From Eledone cirrhosa (taxonomy: Eukaryota): a stretch of 64,000 nt of DNA. Location of the stretch: NCBI GenBank assembly GCA_964016885.1, contig OZ024750.1:29388001-29452000 (forward strand), written 5' to 3'. The translations under genes were made by a program, and so were the position numbers. Positions 12,997 to 26,935 of the stretch are shown here, in pieces (the stretch's first letter is position 1; each line of letters begins with the position of its first letter). The notes beneath the pieces are model-generated. The model did no database searches. It saw only the letters and a list, made by a program, of their open reading frames with translations, and was not told where the DNA came from.

Positions 12997-13001
<5 letters not shown>
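12820..13001 (-). mobile_element. Hammerhead 3'-half element with perfect 104-bp spacerless palindrome
   Basis: 12898-13001 is a perfect palindrome centred on GGCTAA|TTAGCC. Each arm has GTC-GAAAC-GGCTTGAGCTCAGCT-GTC-GGGGTC; the tail 12820-12897 is unpaired; TA flanks. Confidence 0.8.
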
Positions 13002-13066
<65 letters not shown>

Positions 13067-13069
<3 letters not shown>

Positions 13070-13192
13070 CAAAGGAATTGTGGTAAGGAACCAGATGGAC
13101 CATAACACACCAGAGTACTCAATACTTAGGGTAGTCCAGAAATAGCCGTCAAAACGGCTTGAGCTCTGCCGTCGAGGTCATACTTTTTCACA
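13067..13192. mobile_element. Rearranged copy of the 12.8 kb family (inverted tail plus forward hammerhead half)
   Basis: 13067-13130 matches 12820-12885, then CAGAAATAGCCGTCAAAACGGCTTGAGCTCTGCCGTC; TA flanks. Confidence 0.75.
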
Positions 13193-14045
13193 TATATATA
13201 TATATATATATATAGTCTACCCATGCTAGAAAGATTTAGGCTATTATTTCAAGGTTTTGTTAAAGTATACAATATTATATCTAGAACATAAACTAGGTGT
13301 TGTCTGTTGTTTGTCTTCAGAGAAAGAAGATTGACCTAAAAACCTATTATTTATTTGGTTTAGGTAACATCTCTGAAAATGTAAACTGTTGAGATTATAT
13401 ATGTATGTCTTATGAAGACTGGGTTGCTATGAAAATCAGGAGGGGAAAAAAAAATGACATGTTCATGTTTATGTGTGTTAGTTCCTTTAGAATATGTTTA
13501 TAAATCAAAACACACACACACACACACACACTCATCCACGCACACAAACACACACACTACAATCTCAATCTTCAGACTTAAGTGAAAATGTAGTTTATAT
13601 GTGTTCCAAACAATGAAAGGATAGGTTGTAACTGACTCACTAACATAAATATACAAATAATTAAAAATAATTAAAAAAAAACTACTACAAACCATTTGAC
13701 AGAACTTGCAACAAATCTTTTAAATACAACATTGAAAGAGAGAGGACATGTTTTAATTGTTTTAATCTCTGTATAGCAGGGAGTCTGAAACTCAAGGATT
13801 CAAAAAAGGCCATTATATCTTGAGGGAGGCAGACGATGTCAAAAGTGAGATGATGGTTGTTATGTTAATGATGATGATGTAAGGCTTTCCAAGTCATTGC
13901 TTCTCTGGATTCTTTGTTGAAGGATAGCTTATCATAATATTATTAATCTTGTCTCCAACCTCTATGAACCAACATACCCCAACCCCAATAAGGAACCTTC
14001 TGTGCAGTCATCTGACCTCACAAATTCCTCTCAAACTGTCTAGAC

Positions 14046-14219
14046 CTGGGGTCTCAAACTTAATGATTCCAAAGGACCATTATATCCTAAGCGAGAGGCG
14101 CAGTGGGACCAAAAGTGAGATGAGGTTGTGAGGACATGATTTCCACTAGTTATAAACTTTAATGCTAATCTACAACACAACTGATAATCTGCCTTTTGGC
14201 TAAGTGCTTGAGACCCCTG
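14046..14219. mobile_element. Short hAT-type MITE
   Basis: CTGGGGTCTCAA / TTGAGACCCCTG ends; partial related copy at about 13778-13860. Confidence 0.6.
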
Positions 14220-15054
14220 CTTTAGAGTTTAGCATAGTTGTGTGATTATTGGACGTTTTAGCCCTTTAGTAATTTAAACCGGCCGTATCCAGCCAGAATT
14301 CTCTCACTTCTTTCTGTTCAATCCGGCTGTAACTGGCAGCTCATACTAATGTTAAAGTATTGTTCTCAAAATAAATATCAAAATCTCATAGATTCAGTAT
14401 TATATGAGATAAAGCCATTACCATGAAAATATAATAGTAAATATAGAATAATATAAATGCTAAAGGGTTAATTTCCAAACACCTGGTTTTAGGTTCAGTT
14501 CCACTGTGTGACACCTTCAGCAAGTGTCTTGTACTGTAGCTTCAGGTTTACCAATGACTGCTGAGTGAATTTGGTAGACAGAAACTGAGGGGAAGCCCCA
14601 TCATATATACAATGCACCAAAGACAACATTATTCAATAAGCCCTTTTTTAAAAGATAGTGATGCATGCTTTGAAGGAGATTTGGTTGATATTGCTAACAC
14701 ACAAAATCAACTGGTTCTACATGACTGAAGATTCTATTAGTGGTCACATCAGCAGGTATCAGAGAATGATAGTTGCTTTTCAGCTGTACTTTTTACTTTC
14801 ATTACAACTTTTTGTACTTTAGCAAAACTGCCTGTTTTTTTTACAGATTTACAACGTGTATTGTCTTTAATCATTTGTATAACTACATCCTGTTCAGTGT
14901 TTTCCTTCATTATCAGCATAGTTTTATGTGTACAAAGATTGCACTAAATATTCGTTTGCATTAATTATTGAAGACTTCTGCTTATTTTGACAGGTTGGGG
15001 ACAAATAATGTTCTTCTTTTACTTCCTAGCTGTATATTCTTAGCATAATTTCAA

Positions 15055-15084
15055 ACCCCGAGCAACGCCGAGTAAATCTGCTAG
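15055..15084 (+). mobile_element. Helitron-like 3' terminus
   Basis: CCCGAGCAACGCCGAG hairpin about 10 nt before CTAG|T; 5' end not identified. Confidence 0.5.
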
Positions 15085-15138
15085 TTACTAATATTTGTAA
15101 TGAGGTATGGAAGACACCTGGTCATAGTTCATTATCAT

Positions 15139-15321
15139 GGGGGATTGGCAGTATCGGTAAAGGGTCGGACGCCATGCTTTGATGCATAGAGTTACGGCCC
15201 TTGCCATTCTGAGTTCAAATCCCGCCAAGGTTAACTTTGCCTTTCATCCTTATGGGGTCGATAAAATAAAGTACCAGTAATACACTGGGTGATTGCTGGC
15301 CTTGTGCCAAAAGTAGAAACA
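15139..15321 (+). mobile_element. OK-like SINE
   Basis: TSD ATTATCAT. Confidence 0.88.
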
Positions 15322-16709
15322 ATTATCATCATTATCCGCCTCACTATCACCACCATCATTATCATCATCACTATTTTCTATACTTATATGGGTTGGACAA
15401 GCTGTCCCGAGATGGCTAGATGACCTTCCTAACACCAAACCTGTTACAGTATAGATTAGGTGCCATGATGAAAAAGCACCCAGTTCACTTTGTAATGTGG
15501 TTGGCATTAGGAAGGGCATCCAGCCATAGAAACCAAGCCAAAAGCAGTTCTGTATGAGCAAGACACTATCCCATGATCTGACCTAACATGTCACCTAACA
15601 TGACAACCCATCTAACCCATGCAAGCATAGAAAATAGACGTTAGTGGTTACAGCATTGGACTCACAGTCATATGGTTGTGTTCAATTCATAAACCAGATA
15701 ATACATTGTGTTCTTGTGTAAGACACTTCATTTCATGTTGCTTTTTATTATAGGGCTAGGATCCCTATCATTAAACACATGAAAAACAACCTATGAGATG
15801 TAACCTTGTAGGAGGCCTTTTAAACCTATATAGGTGTTGACTAGGGTCCCTCCCTATTATTAAAAACCTATGAAACCACTTATGAGATGTAACCTTATAG
15901 GAGGCCTATTAAACCTATATAGGTGTGAGCTCTATGGAGGGAGTAGCTTAAATTTTAAAAAGAATTCTTGTGGAGTATAAACAGGTGAAACACAAGAAGT
16001 TTTGGTGTTTTATTACAAGGGTATGAAGAGATCAAATAAATTGAATTACAACATACCGCAAATTTAATCTTATATTTCTTTGTACAGTGAATAACTTAGA
16101 ATAATGGAATTTGAAATAACAGGAACAAATTCCAAGTTAATGACTCAAGACCAACAGGTTGTGATGTCTCAGGAAATTCTTAGTTGGATTTTGAATTTTG
16201 TAGAAACACACCCACCACTTAAACATAATAGTGGTGGTAATGGTAGTAGCAGTGGTGGTGATATTAGTAGTGGTAGTAGTAGTAGCAGTAGTGGTGGAAG
16301 TAGTGGTGGTAGTATTAGTAGTGATGTTGGTAGTGGTGATGGTAGTGGTAGTATAAGCTATCTTATTTAGCCCTTTTGATACCAAATCATTTTTAGTTTT
16401 ATGAAACAAAACTGTCTATTTTAAAGTGTTTACATTTATCTACAATCCCTTCCACCATAATTTTATGTAAGAACATTTGTTAAGCTATGTTCCAAACACT
16501 ACCTTAATGAGAAAGTGATATATTATATATTACTAAACTTCACCCTTCCTTCCTTCCCCCAACTGAAAAACAAGTAATTTCCGATGGGTTTCGAGGTCAA
16601 AAATCGTTGAAAACACGCACAAAAGAAGAGGAAAAAGAAAAATTCCTACCGGAATATGAGATGAAAGTTTATGTAAAAATTTATCAAAGCTATTTATCAC
16701 CATCTACAT

Positions 16710-17338
16710 CAAGGGTTCCCAACATTTTTTTTTGCATCATCGCCCACTTTTACATTTTCCACCACCCACCTATAAAGTAAATATTCAAAAGCATACAAAA
16801 ATGTTTGGTAAAAGTTTGTTCCTATTTAGCCACCTATGTTTTTTTTAAATTTTTTTTTTTTATTATAAAGGTTCTTTGCATATCCCCTTTAACCCTTTAG
16901 CATTTAAACTGGCCACATCTGGCCAAAATTCTCTCACCTCTTTCTGTTCAAACCGGCTGTAACAGGCCACTCATACTTATGTTACGGTATTGTTCTCAAA
17001 ATAAATAACATCAAAATCTCATAGATTCAATATTATGTGAGGTAAAGTGTTTACCACAAAAATACAATAGCATATATAGAGTAATTGTTTCTACTTTAGG
17101 CACAAGGCCAGCAATTACCCAGTGCATTACTGGTACTTTATTTTATCGATCCCGTAACGATGAAAGGCAAAGTCAACCTCGGCGGGATTATAGAGTAATG
17201 TAAATGTTAAAGGGTTAAATATATCCTTTCGGGCAGCCCATGTAGAAATACCTTCCTAACACTCAAAATTCTATATTGCCTACCATTTTCTGTTCAGTTG
17301 CTCATTGTGGGTGATACTGCTCTGGTTGGGAAACCTTG
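16710..17338. mobile_element. hAT-type MITE with nested piggyBac-type MITE and SINE
   Basis: TIRs CAAGGGTTCCCAAC / GTTGGGAAACCTTG; TSD ATCTACAT/CTCTACAT. Confidence 0.8.
16893..17214. mobile_element. piggyBac-type MITE (TTAA target) with SINE insertion
   Basis: TTAA-CCCTTTAGCATTTA...TAAATGTTAAAGGG-TTAA; SINE 17086-17188 with TSD TATAGAGTAAT. Confidence 0.85.
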
Positions 17339-18519
17339 CTCTACATCAAACATTGACAGTCACATGTACAAGCTAAAGGTGTCACATTGTGTCAAGCTAT
17401 ATAATATATACTACATATACATTTTAGGACTGATTCAGCAGATTTATGATCAAAGGCACTATTGTTGTCCCTGTTGATCTTATTGTCATGTACAGTCTAC
17501 TTAGATATACATTATTCAATGAGTCCTTCCATTTTTAAGATAGTTAGGTGATGTGATATGAGCTGCTATGTGTTTGGCTGCTATTTTTAACAGGTTAAAC
17601 AACCACAAAAAAGAGGCTTCCCTCTTTGACTTAACTAAATAGATATTAAGATAGTTAGGTGATGTGATATGAGGGAGATTTGGCTGCTATTTTTAACAGA
17701 TAAATGACCACAAAAAAAGAGGCTCCCTCGTTAACTTAACTAAATAGATATTAATATAGTTGGGTGATGTGATATGAGGAAGATTTGGGTGCTATTTTTA
17801 GCAGATTAAACAACCACAAAAAAGAGGCTCCCTCTTTAACTAAATACATAGACATCTATTGTGCTATCACATATCTCCACTGTATAACAGACTCATACAA
17901 TAAGGTGATAGCGCCAAAGCTGATACTCAGAGCATAAAGAAAACTAAAGAAATTATTTCATACTATGAACAAGAATAAAAGATTACAGAACAGAGTCAAA
18001 AATGTTTTTCTTGTCGCAGGACCACAAGGGTGGTGGTGGAAGTAGAGTTTGTTGAGAAGTGGGAGGATAGCAAGGGAGGGGGAGGAAATTAATACTGACG
18101 TGTTTAACTATTGAAAGCATACTTTCCCACACAAATAATAAAATGTAACTTTTTTTTTTCACGTAGCTATGATCGAACAAGACCTTAACTATAACAGCAC
18201 ATTTTTAGTTTTAGATATCAACATCAACATCACGAATGAAGGTGTCTATGTGGTTTCATGGCTTGCTAGAAATAACAGCTAAATCTCCCTCAAATCACAT
18301 TCTACATCTTACCCTTTAGCATTAAACCGGTTGTAACTGGCTGCTCATACTGATGTTAAAGTATTGTTCTCAAAATAAATAATATCAAAATCTCAGATTT
18401 GATATTATGTGAGATAATTGTGTGCAGTAAAGCCTTTACTGTGAAAATATAATAGTAAATATAGAGTAATATAAATGCTAAAGGGTTAAACATGTAAAGA
18501 CAAGAAACAGGGTCTCAAA

Positions 18520-18860
18520 AAGATTTAAGTGTTCCAGACTCCTCTGTAAAATCGGAACAATAGCAGCCCATCTGAGGAAAGAGCCCCATGAGGTGGGGTG
18601 GCTGTTTGCTGGTCATTGTCCATGGAAATGCCTTTGCCATTTTGTCTGTGGGGTGCAACCGAAACACCCCTCAAACTTTGGTGTAGAATGTCACTCGCTC
18701 CCCTTCCCCTAGTGCTTCTTGTTCTTCCCTTCCTTTTCCTCTCATTTATGGCATTTATTGTCCTTTCCAATAATGCTTTTTTTCTGAATGTTTGACCAAT
18801 TTGTAGTAATGTCCAAAATATTTTGGTTTCCTTCCTGTTACGCTGTCAAATTTTTCTTAA
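18520..18860 (-). mobile_element. Degenerate RTE LINE 3' fragment
   Basis: Minus strand KYFGH...LLERTI...RKGRTR, resembling the RTE C-terminus. Confidence 0.55.
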
Positions 18861-18892
18861 GTTTTTGCCATTTAAAATGCCAATTAGATAAT

Positions 18893-19071
18893 TGTTTCTA
18901 CTTTAGGCACAAGGCCAGCAATTACCCAGTGCATTACTGGTACTTTATTTTATCGACCCCGTAAGGATGAAAGGCAAAGTCAATCTCGGCGGGATTTGAA
19001 CTCAGATCGCAAAGGGACGTAACTATGCTGGAAAGCATGGCGTCAGACCCTCTACCGATACTGCCAATCCG
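18893..19071 (-). mobile_element. OK-like SINE
   Basis: TSD ATTAGATAAT. Confidence 0.88.
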
Positions 19072-19344
19072 ATTAGATAATGCAGTCCAGGAAGCAATGT
19101 TTGAAAATATGACAATGGTAATGTCTGGAACACTTTAAACCTACACCATTTACATTAAACTATATTTACTATTGTATTTTCATGGTAAACACTTTACCTC
19201 ACATATCAAATCTATGAGGTTTTGATATTTATTTTGAGAACAATACCTTAACATAAGTACGAGTAACCAGTTACAACCAGTTTGAACAGAAAGAGGTGAG
19301 CAAATTCTGGCCGGATATGGCGGGTTTAAATGCTAATGAGTCAA

Positions 19345-20076
19345 TCCCTTTTGAAACCCTATTTCTAATGGCAATGTCTGGAATACTATAACACCTTTTG
19401 AAACCCTAATTCTAATGGCAATATCTGGAATACTATAACCCCTTTTGAAACCCTATTTCTAATGGCAATGTCTGGAATACTATAACCCCTTTTGAAACCC
19501 TATTTCTAATGGCAATGTCTGGAATACTACAACACCTTTTGAAACCCTAATTCTAATGGCAATATCTGGAATACTATAACCCCTTTTGAAACCCTATTTC
19601 TAATGGCAATGTCTGGAATACTATAACCCCTTTTGAAACCCTATTTCTAATAGCAATGTCTGTAATACTATAACCTCTTTTGAAACCCTATTTCTAATGG
19701 CAATGTCTGGAATACTATAAACTCCTTTTGAAACCCTATTTCTAATGGCAATGTCTGGAATACTATAAACTCCTTTTGAAACCCTATTTCTAATGGCAAT
19801 GTCTGGAATGCTATAACCCCTTTTGAAACCCTATTTCTAATGACAATGTCTGGAATACTATAACCCCTTTTGAAACCCTATTTCTAATGGCAATGTCTGG
19901 AATACTATAAACCCCTTTTGAAACCCTATTTCTAATGGCAATGTCTGAAACACTATAACCCTTTTGAAGCCCTATTTCTAATGGCAATGTCTGGAATACT
20001 ATAACCCCTTTTGAAACCCTATTTCTAATGGCAATGTCTGGAATACTATAACCCCTTTTGAAACCCTATTTCTAAT
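19345..20076. repeat. 47-bp minisatellite, about 15 copies
   Basis: CCCCTTTTGAAACCCTATTTCTAATGGCAATGTCTGGAATACTATAA. Confidence 0.95.
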
Positions 20077-20534
20077 GAAATATAAGACACAATGGTAAGG
20101 ACTGGAACATTATAAACCATATTTCTATGAAATAAATTATTTTTCTGTTTCTAATTTATTTTGAAAATAATCAAGAATTTGTAGGACTTTAAATGCAATA
20201 ATGAACTTTTACATTATTAGATATAATCCACATCAGTGCTTGCACCATTATGCAAATTAGGGTTGACCAATTCCACTATTTGAATTTGTGGATACTATAA
20301 ATAGTATAGTAATAATAATAATGGTCTCTAGTATAGGCACAAGGCCTGCATTTTGGGTAGAGGGAAAAGTTGATTAAATTGACCCCAGTGCATTACTGGT
20401 GCTTTATTTTATCAACCCCGTAAGGATGAAAGGCAAAGTTTACCTTGGCGTGATTTGAACTCAGAACGTAAAGCCAATTGAAATCATAGTGAGAGTTTTA
20501 ACAAGCATCAAACCTAAATATGTTAGTAGTGTCC

Positions 20535-21405
20535 TGAACAGCTGTATGTTGGTACTATCCTCATATAGGATCACCCCTTCTAAATAGCTGTATGTTGGTA
20601 CTATCCTCCTATATAGGATCACCCCTTCTAAATAGCTGTATGTTGGTACTGTCCTATATAGGATCACCCCTTCTAAATAGCTGTATGTTGGTACTATCCT
20701 CTTATATAGGATCACCCCTTCTAAATAGCTGTATGTTGGTACTGTCCTATATAGGATCACTCCTTCTAAACAGCTGTATGTTGGTACTATCCTCCTATAT
20801 AGGATCACCCCTTCTAAACAGCTGTATGTTGGTACTATCCTCCTATATAGGATCACCCCTTCTAAACAGCTGTATGTTGGTACTATCCTCCTATATAGGA
20901 TCACCCCTTCTAAACAGCTGTATGTTGGTACTATCCTCCTATATAGGATCACTCCTTCTAAACAGCTGTATGTTGGTACTATCCTCCTATATAGGATCAC
21001 CCCTTCTAAACAGCTGTATGTTGGTACTATCCTCCTATATAGGATCACCCCTTCTAAACAGCTGTATGTTGGTACTATCCTCCTATATAGGATCACCCCT
21101 TCTAAACAGCTGTATGTTGGTACTATCCTCCTATATAGGATCACCCCTTCTAAACAGCTGTATGTTGGTACTATCCTCCTATATAGGATCACTCCTTCTA
21201 AACAGCTGTATGTTGGTACTATCCTCCTATATAGGATCACCCCTTCTAAACAGCTGTATGTTAGTACTGTCCTCTTAGATAAGATCACCCCTTCTAAACA
21301 GCTGTATGTTAGTACAGTCCTCTTAGATAAGATCAGCCCTTCTAAATAGCTGTACATTAGTACTGTCCTCATATATAAGATCACTCCTTTTAAATAGCTG
21401 TATGT
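20535..21405. repeat. 48-bp minisatellite, about 18 copies
   Basis: AAACAGCTGTATGTTGGTACTATCCTCCTATATAGGATCACCCCTTCT. Confidence 0.95.
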
Positions 21406-21591
21406 TAATATTCCCTCTGTGGTCAGAGAAATTAAGATTTAATATTGGGAACTAGTCTGGCTAGTTACCTTTTCCTGATCACACACAAACAAAGATATGT
21501 GATTTAACCACCGTGTCTACTTTTCACAGTCAGGCTAAAAATATATTCATTAAAAATACCCCCTTCCCCATAGGTTTACCACACACACACA

Positions 21592-21633
<42 letters not shown>

Positions 21634-23079
21634 TATATACACACACATATATATATATGTATACACATACATATATATATATACACATACATATATATAT
21701 ATACACATATATATATATATACACATACATACATTCTTTATACATACAAACACATATCTAAACAAAGAGAAAGAAAAGGAGAGAGATATAGGAAGTTATC
21801 TAGAAAGAGGTTGTGTGCGTGTGCGTGTGTGTGTGTGTGTGCGTGTGTGTTGGCCAAATGCCAGCCATGAAAAGTAGAAGGTGAACATGGAGATCATTGA
21901 GGACAATGTTTTCATAAGCAGTGATTCCAGGAGAGAGAGTGTGTGTGTGTGTATGTGTGTATGTGTGTGTAAGACATCACTCACTAGCTATCTAGTCAGT
22001 TACTAATTAACTATGAAACTTTAATTTGGTGATCAGTCAAAAAGGCTATTTAGGTCATTAATTGATTGCAGGGTTATGTATGGGACCATCCTAATGCTAC
22101 TTTACTATTAAAAATTAATATAACACTTAGGGCAAAGGACTGCAAATGTCACTGACATTGCTACCCTCTCTTTTATGATTAACAATGACAACAAGGATTT
22201 TAAAGCCCTTGTCTCTGTTAAAGGTTAGCCTTGCAAGGCCTCAAGATAATCTTCAAACTTATCACAAGGTCCTTTTGTGGAAATGTTTTATCTCCAGATG
22301 CTTTTCCTTGTGCTGATTCTTTTAAGTCACCTCTCCTATCACTAACAACAAGAAGGATTTTAAAGCCCTTGTCTCTGTTGAAGCAGTGGTTAGCCTTGCA
22401 AAGCCACATGACAATCTTCAAACCTTTTAAAGCCCTTTTCCCTGTTTGAGAATGTTTTTATGGTTGAAATTGTCAAAGTATTGGACAAGACACTGGTGAC
22501 TTCTATTCCAGCACTTGGCATTTTGAGATGAAATTCTTCAGAAGGATTGAAATTCCACCGATAGCCAGGGCTAGTCACCCAACTAACTGACCACAACTAA
22601 TTATGAAAGCTGCAATAGGTGGAGGAGGGTTGTGTTCATCTACTGTAGGGGAATAATGGCCAGAGCTGATTACCCAACTAACTGACCACAACTAATTACA
22701 AAAGCTGCAATATGTGAAGGAGGGTTGTGAATCAATGATGATGATGACTGAAAAGCTTATCTCTTCTACCAATCAGGACTTGAAGCCCTTTAAATCGAAT
22801 GAATTGATGTAACCCTTTTGATACCAAAGAATATAAGACTAAAGAAAATAATTGAAAAGCTTGGATATTTTGTTATGTAACTAATTACTCTAAAACTTGC
22901 ATGAGGGTAGGGTTGTATATATTTCTAAATATTGTGATGTAGTAACTATGGTAACGCAATCTGGCTTTTCAAAATATCAATGAAAGATGTCCAGAAAATT
23001 ACCATCTTTGTGTATTCCATTATAGTTGAAGAAGTTAACCTTTTCATTAACATATTTCTAATGAAATACTTCTTTACCC

Positions 23080-23535
23080 ACATATTCCTAGTGGGGGGCA
23101 GAATCTTCAAACACTCCTTCCAGTGGGTCCTGTCAGAAACAACCAGCTCCAATTGATCTGGCTGGATCCCCAAGCGAGACCAGCGAAGCTCATGGATGTT
23201 ATCCAACCATCTTGCTCGGGGGGGGTCTACCCCTCGGTCTCCTGCCAGTTTGTTTTGCCTGTCAAACCTGTCCAGCAATACTTTCCTGAGACATTCTAAC
23301 CACATGCCCATAGAATCGAAACTGTGATCTCTCAATTCAGAGAAGTAGTGGCTCTACCTTGAGTGACTCATCTCTGAGCTACGCACTCCAATGAGTAACA
23401 TTACTCCAAAGACCCTTCTGGTGAACCCAATTTTGGTCGCTTGTATTTGAAATTGTATTCTTTCAGTCATTACCCAAGATTCATGCCCATCAGTAAGGGG
23501 TGGCATGAATACTGAATTGAAGATATTAAGTTTGG
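23080..23535 (-). mobile_element. Degenerate RTE LINE fragment
   Basis: PRARWLDNIHELRWSRLGIQPDQLELVVSDRTHWK; related copy at 26585-26935. Confidence 0.7.
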
Positions 23536-25459
23536 CTTTTACACGGATTACACTGATTATTTTGTATTTTTAATGAAGGAAGAATTTGGTCAGAATTTAC
23601 TAAAATTATAATTCCATAAAGATGTTTTTATATAAAATTATGTAGGAATGTTTTAATTTACCCTTTAAAATGGATGACTTTGTTTGAAAGAAACAGAGGT
23701 GGATTATGGTGTGAAAGTATCAAAAGGGCTAAGACAATTTGACGTCTAGAACTTTCAACCAGATATAAAGATAGTTTTATATATTTAATGAGATTCAGGA
23801 GTTAAAATATGAAAGTAAATAAAGAAATATTGTTTTGCATTTCTAATTATTTGAAGCCAATGCAAGCATGGAAAAACATGTAAAATGGTGGTGAGGATTA
23901 TGGTGGAGGTGGTGAGGATTATGGTGGAGATTATGGTGGAGATGGTGACGACTATGGTGGAGAAGATGATGACCATGGTGGTGGTGAAGATGATGACTAT
24001 GGTGGTGGCGATGATAATGGTGATGATGGCCATGACAGTGATGTTAAAACTAATGCAAGCATGAAAAAAATGGATGTAAAAAATAATGATGTTGATGGTG
24101 ATGATGATGGTGATGGTGTTGATGGTGATGGTGATGATGATGATGGTGCTGATGATGGTGGTGATGATGATGATGATGGTGTTTGTGTTGGTGGTGGTGA
24201 TAATGACAGTGGTGCTGGTGGTGATGATGATATGTTGAAAGACTTCATTCTATTACCATATTTCTAACAAGAATAAACATTCTATGTTTCAATTGAATAC
24301 CAAAATAAGAATCTCCAACATCCTGAATGTTTGGTATTTATATAAAAATAAGATTTTGATCAAGTTTTTAATTTAACCCTTTCTATAAACTGCGTGATAT
24401 CGTCCCTGGTTCTGCAATAAAAAAAACTATTTTAATCCTTTAGCATTTAAATCGGCCATATCTGGCCAGAATTCTCTCACCTCTTTCTGTTCAAACCGGC
24501 CGCTCATACTGATGTTAAGGTATTGTTCTCAAAATCTCATAGATTCGATATTATGTGAAATGAAGCCTTTACTACAAAAATACAATCGTAAATATATAGT
24601 AATGTAAATGTTTATCTAAAGATATTCCATCATAATTTTATATAAGAACCTTTGTTAGGTTATGTTCCAAACACCAAATCAATAATGGCTTCTGATTTAA
24701 GCATAAGGCCAACAATTTTGGAGGAGGGGAAAGTTGATTAAATCGACCTGAGTTCGTTACTAGCAAGTTATTTTATTAATCCCGTAAGGATGAAAGGCAA
24801 ATCTAACCTTGGTGAGATTTGAATTCAGAGCTGTAACTATGCTGCAAAGCTGGGTGTCTGATGCTCTACCGATTACTGCGAACCCACTGCCCAGATTAAT
24901 AATCAGAAAGTTAATTACTTTACTAAATCCTTTCAGATAGTTGAGTAATTTCAAATTGTAAGAAATATGGTAACAAAAGGGTTAATGATACAGGTAGTAG
25001 TGTCTTTCATTAGATATGGTAACAAAAGGGTTCAAATATGAACTCTTTCTACTGGTTAGTAACATGAAAGCTGAGTCTTAAGTAGATTGGTAATGAAATA
25101 GTTAACAGATAGTTTAGGTTAGGTTTATTAATGTAATTTAATTGTTTTTTTTTTACATAACAACAAAGAGAAATATAAAACTTTGTAATTTCAGGTCTCA
25201 ATATATTGTTAACAGAAAACTAATATGTAAATTATTCTATTGTGGAGGAAGTATTTTATTCATTTTAAATGAATTATTATAGCTTCATACCATAGGAAAT
25301 AAAACATTCATTTAATTGAATCTCTCATTACACAAAGGAAAACAATAATTTAAGGAATGTAATTTACAACTACATAACTCTTAAGATATCAGATAAAAAA
25401 AGTAATGTAAAAAAAAAAAAAAATGTACAAATATACAGTTAGTATGGTTAAGTATAAAG

Positions 25460-25972
25460 ACTGTCCCTCGTCGGTCACAAATGACCATGGGATTTACACC
25501 TAGAAAGTTCCCCTCCGAGGCACAAGCCAAGGAATGGTGTTTTCATGGAAGGCCAGCAGTTTCCCATATTACCAGTCTCCCTTCATGTCACTAATGTTGT
25601 CCAAGGGAAAGCCAATGACTGATACAGCTTGGCATCAATGACGTCACAACATATATACACTATATATATATATATATATATATATACATACATACACACA
25701 CACACACACACATTATACATACACTTTATATGTTGTCCAAGGGAAAACCATTGACCGATACAGCTTAGCACAACATATATACACTATATATATATTATAT
25801 ATATATATAATATATATATATACCTTATATATACACTATATATGTCGTCCAAGGGAAAGGCAGAGGCAGATACAGCTCAGTACCAGTGACACAACACACT
25901 GCCTGGTCCAGGAATTAAACTCACAACCTCACGATTGTAAGCTGAAAGCTCTAGCCATTAAGCCATGTGCCT
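25460..25972 (-). mobile_element. OR1-like SINE split by microsatellite and partial duplications
   Basis: Similar to 8905-9235; GTCCAAGGGAAA..GATACAGCT segment occurs three times. Confidence 0.7.
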
Positions 25973-26584
25973 AGACAGTATAGTTAAGTATGAGCTAACA
26001 TACTGAATGTAGTGAGCAAAAGAAAAACCTTTAATGAATTGAAATTACACTCATAATGAGATGTCAAGCACAAGGAGGGAGAGAAGTTAGATTTACACCA
26101 GGGGATGATTTATAACTTTGGTAAATATGGGGTCAACTCTGGGGATGTTCAGACCTTATTAGACTTCCTCAGCAAAGCATAGTCTAACCTATACCAATGT
26201 TTTTATGTGGAAATTATTCACTAAATAAACAAACAGTAACTACATAAACAGACTTCCACCATACACTTTAAATTACGTTTCATTGCGATAGTTCTAATGA
26301 AAGATTTTGGATATGATGTAGAAATTCCCAAGAAATAACCAAGAATCGAAAAAGAGAAAAAGAAATAAAATCAAGCAACAAAAGGGAAAGTAAGTGAGAT
26401 ACTACACCCCAGTCTGAGCTTATCCCACAATCCTGGACTGCTATTTTATCAACCCCGAAAATATGAAAAATGTTTATAGTAACTAGTATAAACTGCAACC
26501 AAGAAAATTTGTAAAGCAACTGTTATATTAAAATATTGTTTCTAGATAATTTTATAACAAACAACTTCTTTGCTGATTTATTCC

Positions 26585-26935
26585 TGGAAGAGTCATGGTA
26601 GAGTCCTCAAACACTACTTCCAGCAGGTCCTGTCAGATGCAACTATCTCCAATTGATCAGGCTGGGTCTCCAAGCAAGACCAACCTAGTTTATGGATGTT
26701 ATCCAACCGTCTTGCTCAAAGTCTACCCCTTGGTCTTTCTTTAGACATTCTAATCACTTGTCTGTAGTATCCGAGCTGTGATCTCTCAATTCAGAGCAGT
26801 AGCTGCTCTACCAATAATGACACCGATTTCAGTTATACACTCTATTGAGTAACATTACTCCAAAGACCCTTCAAAGGAACCCCATTTTGCTCACTTGTAT
26901 TCGCTATCATATTCTTTCAGCTATTAACCAGGATT
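26585..26935 (-). mobile_element. Degenerate RTE LINE fragment
   Basis: Collinear similarity with 23080-23535. Confidence 0.65.

Noticed and set aside
20461-21384. 307-aa repetitive ORF
   Set aside because: 48-bp minisatellite open on both strands; no splice or domain evidence.
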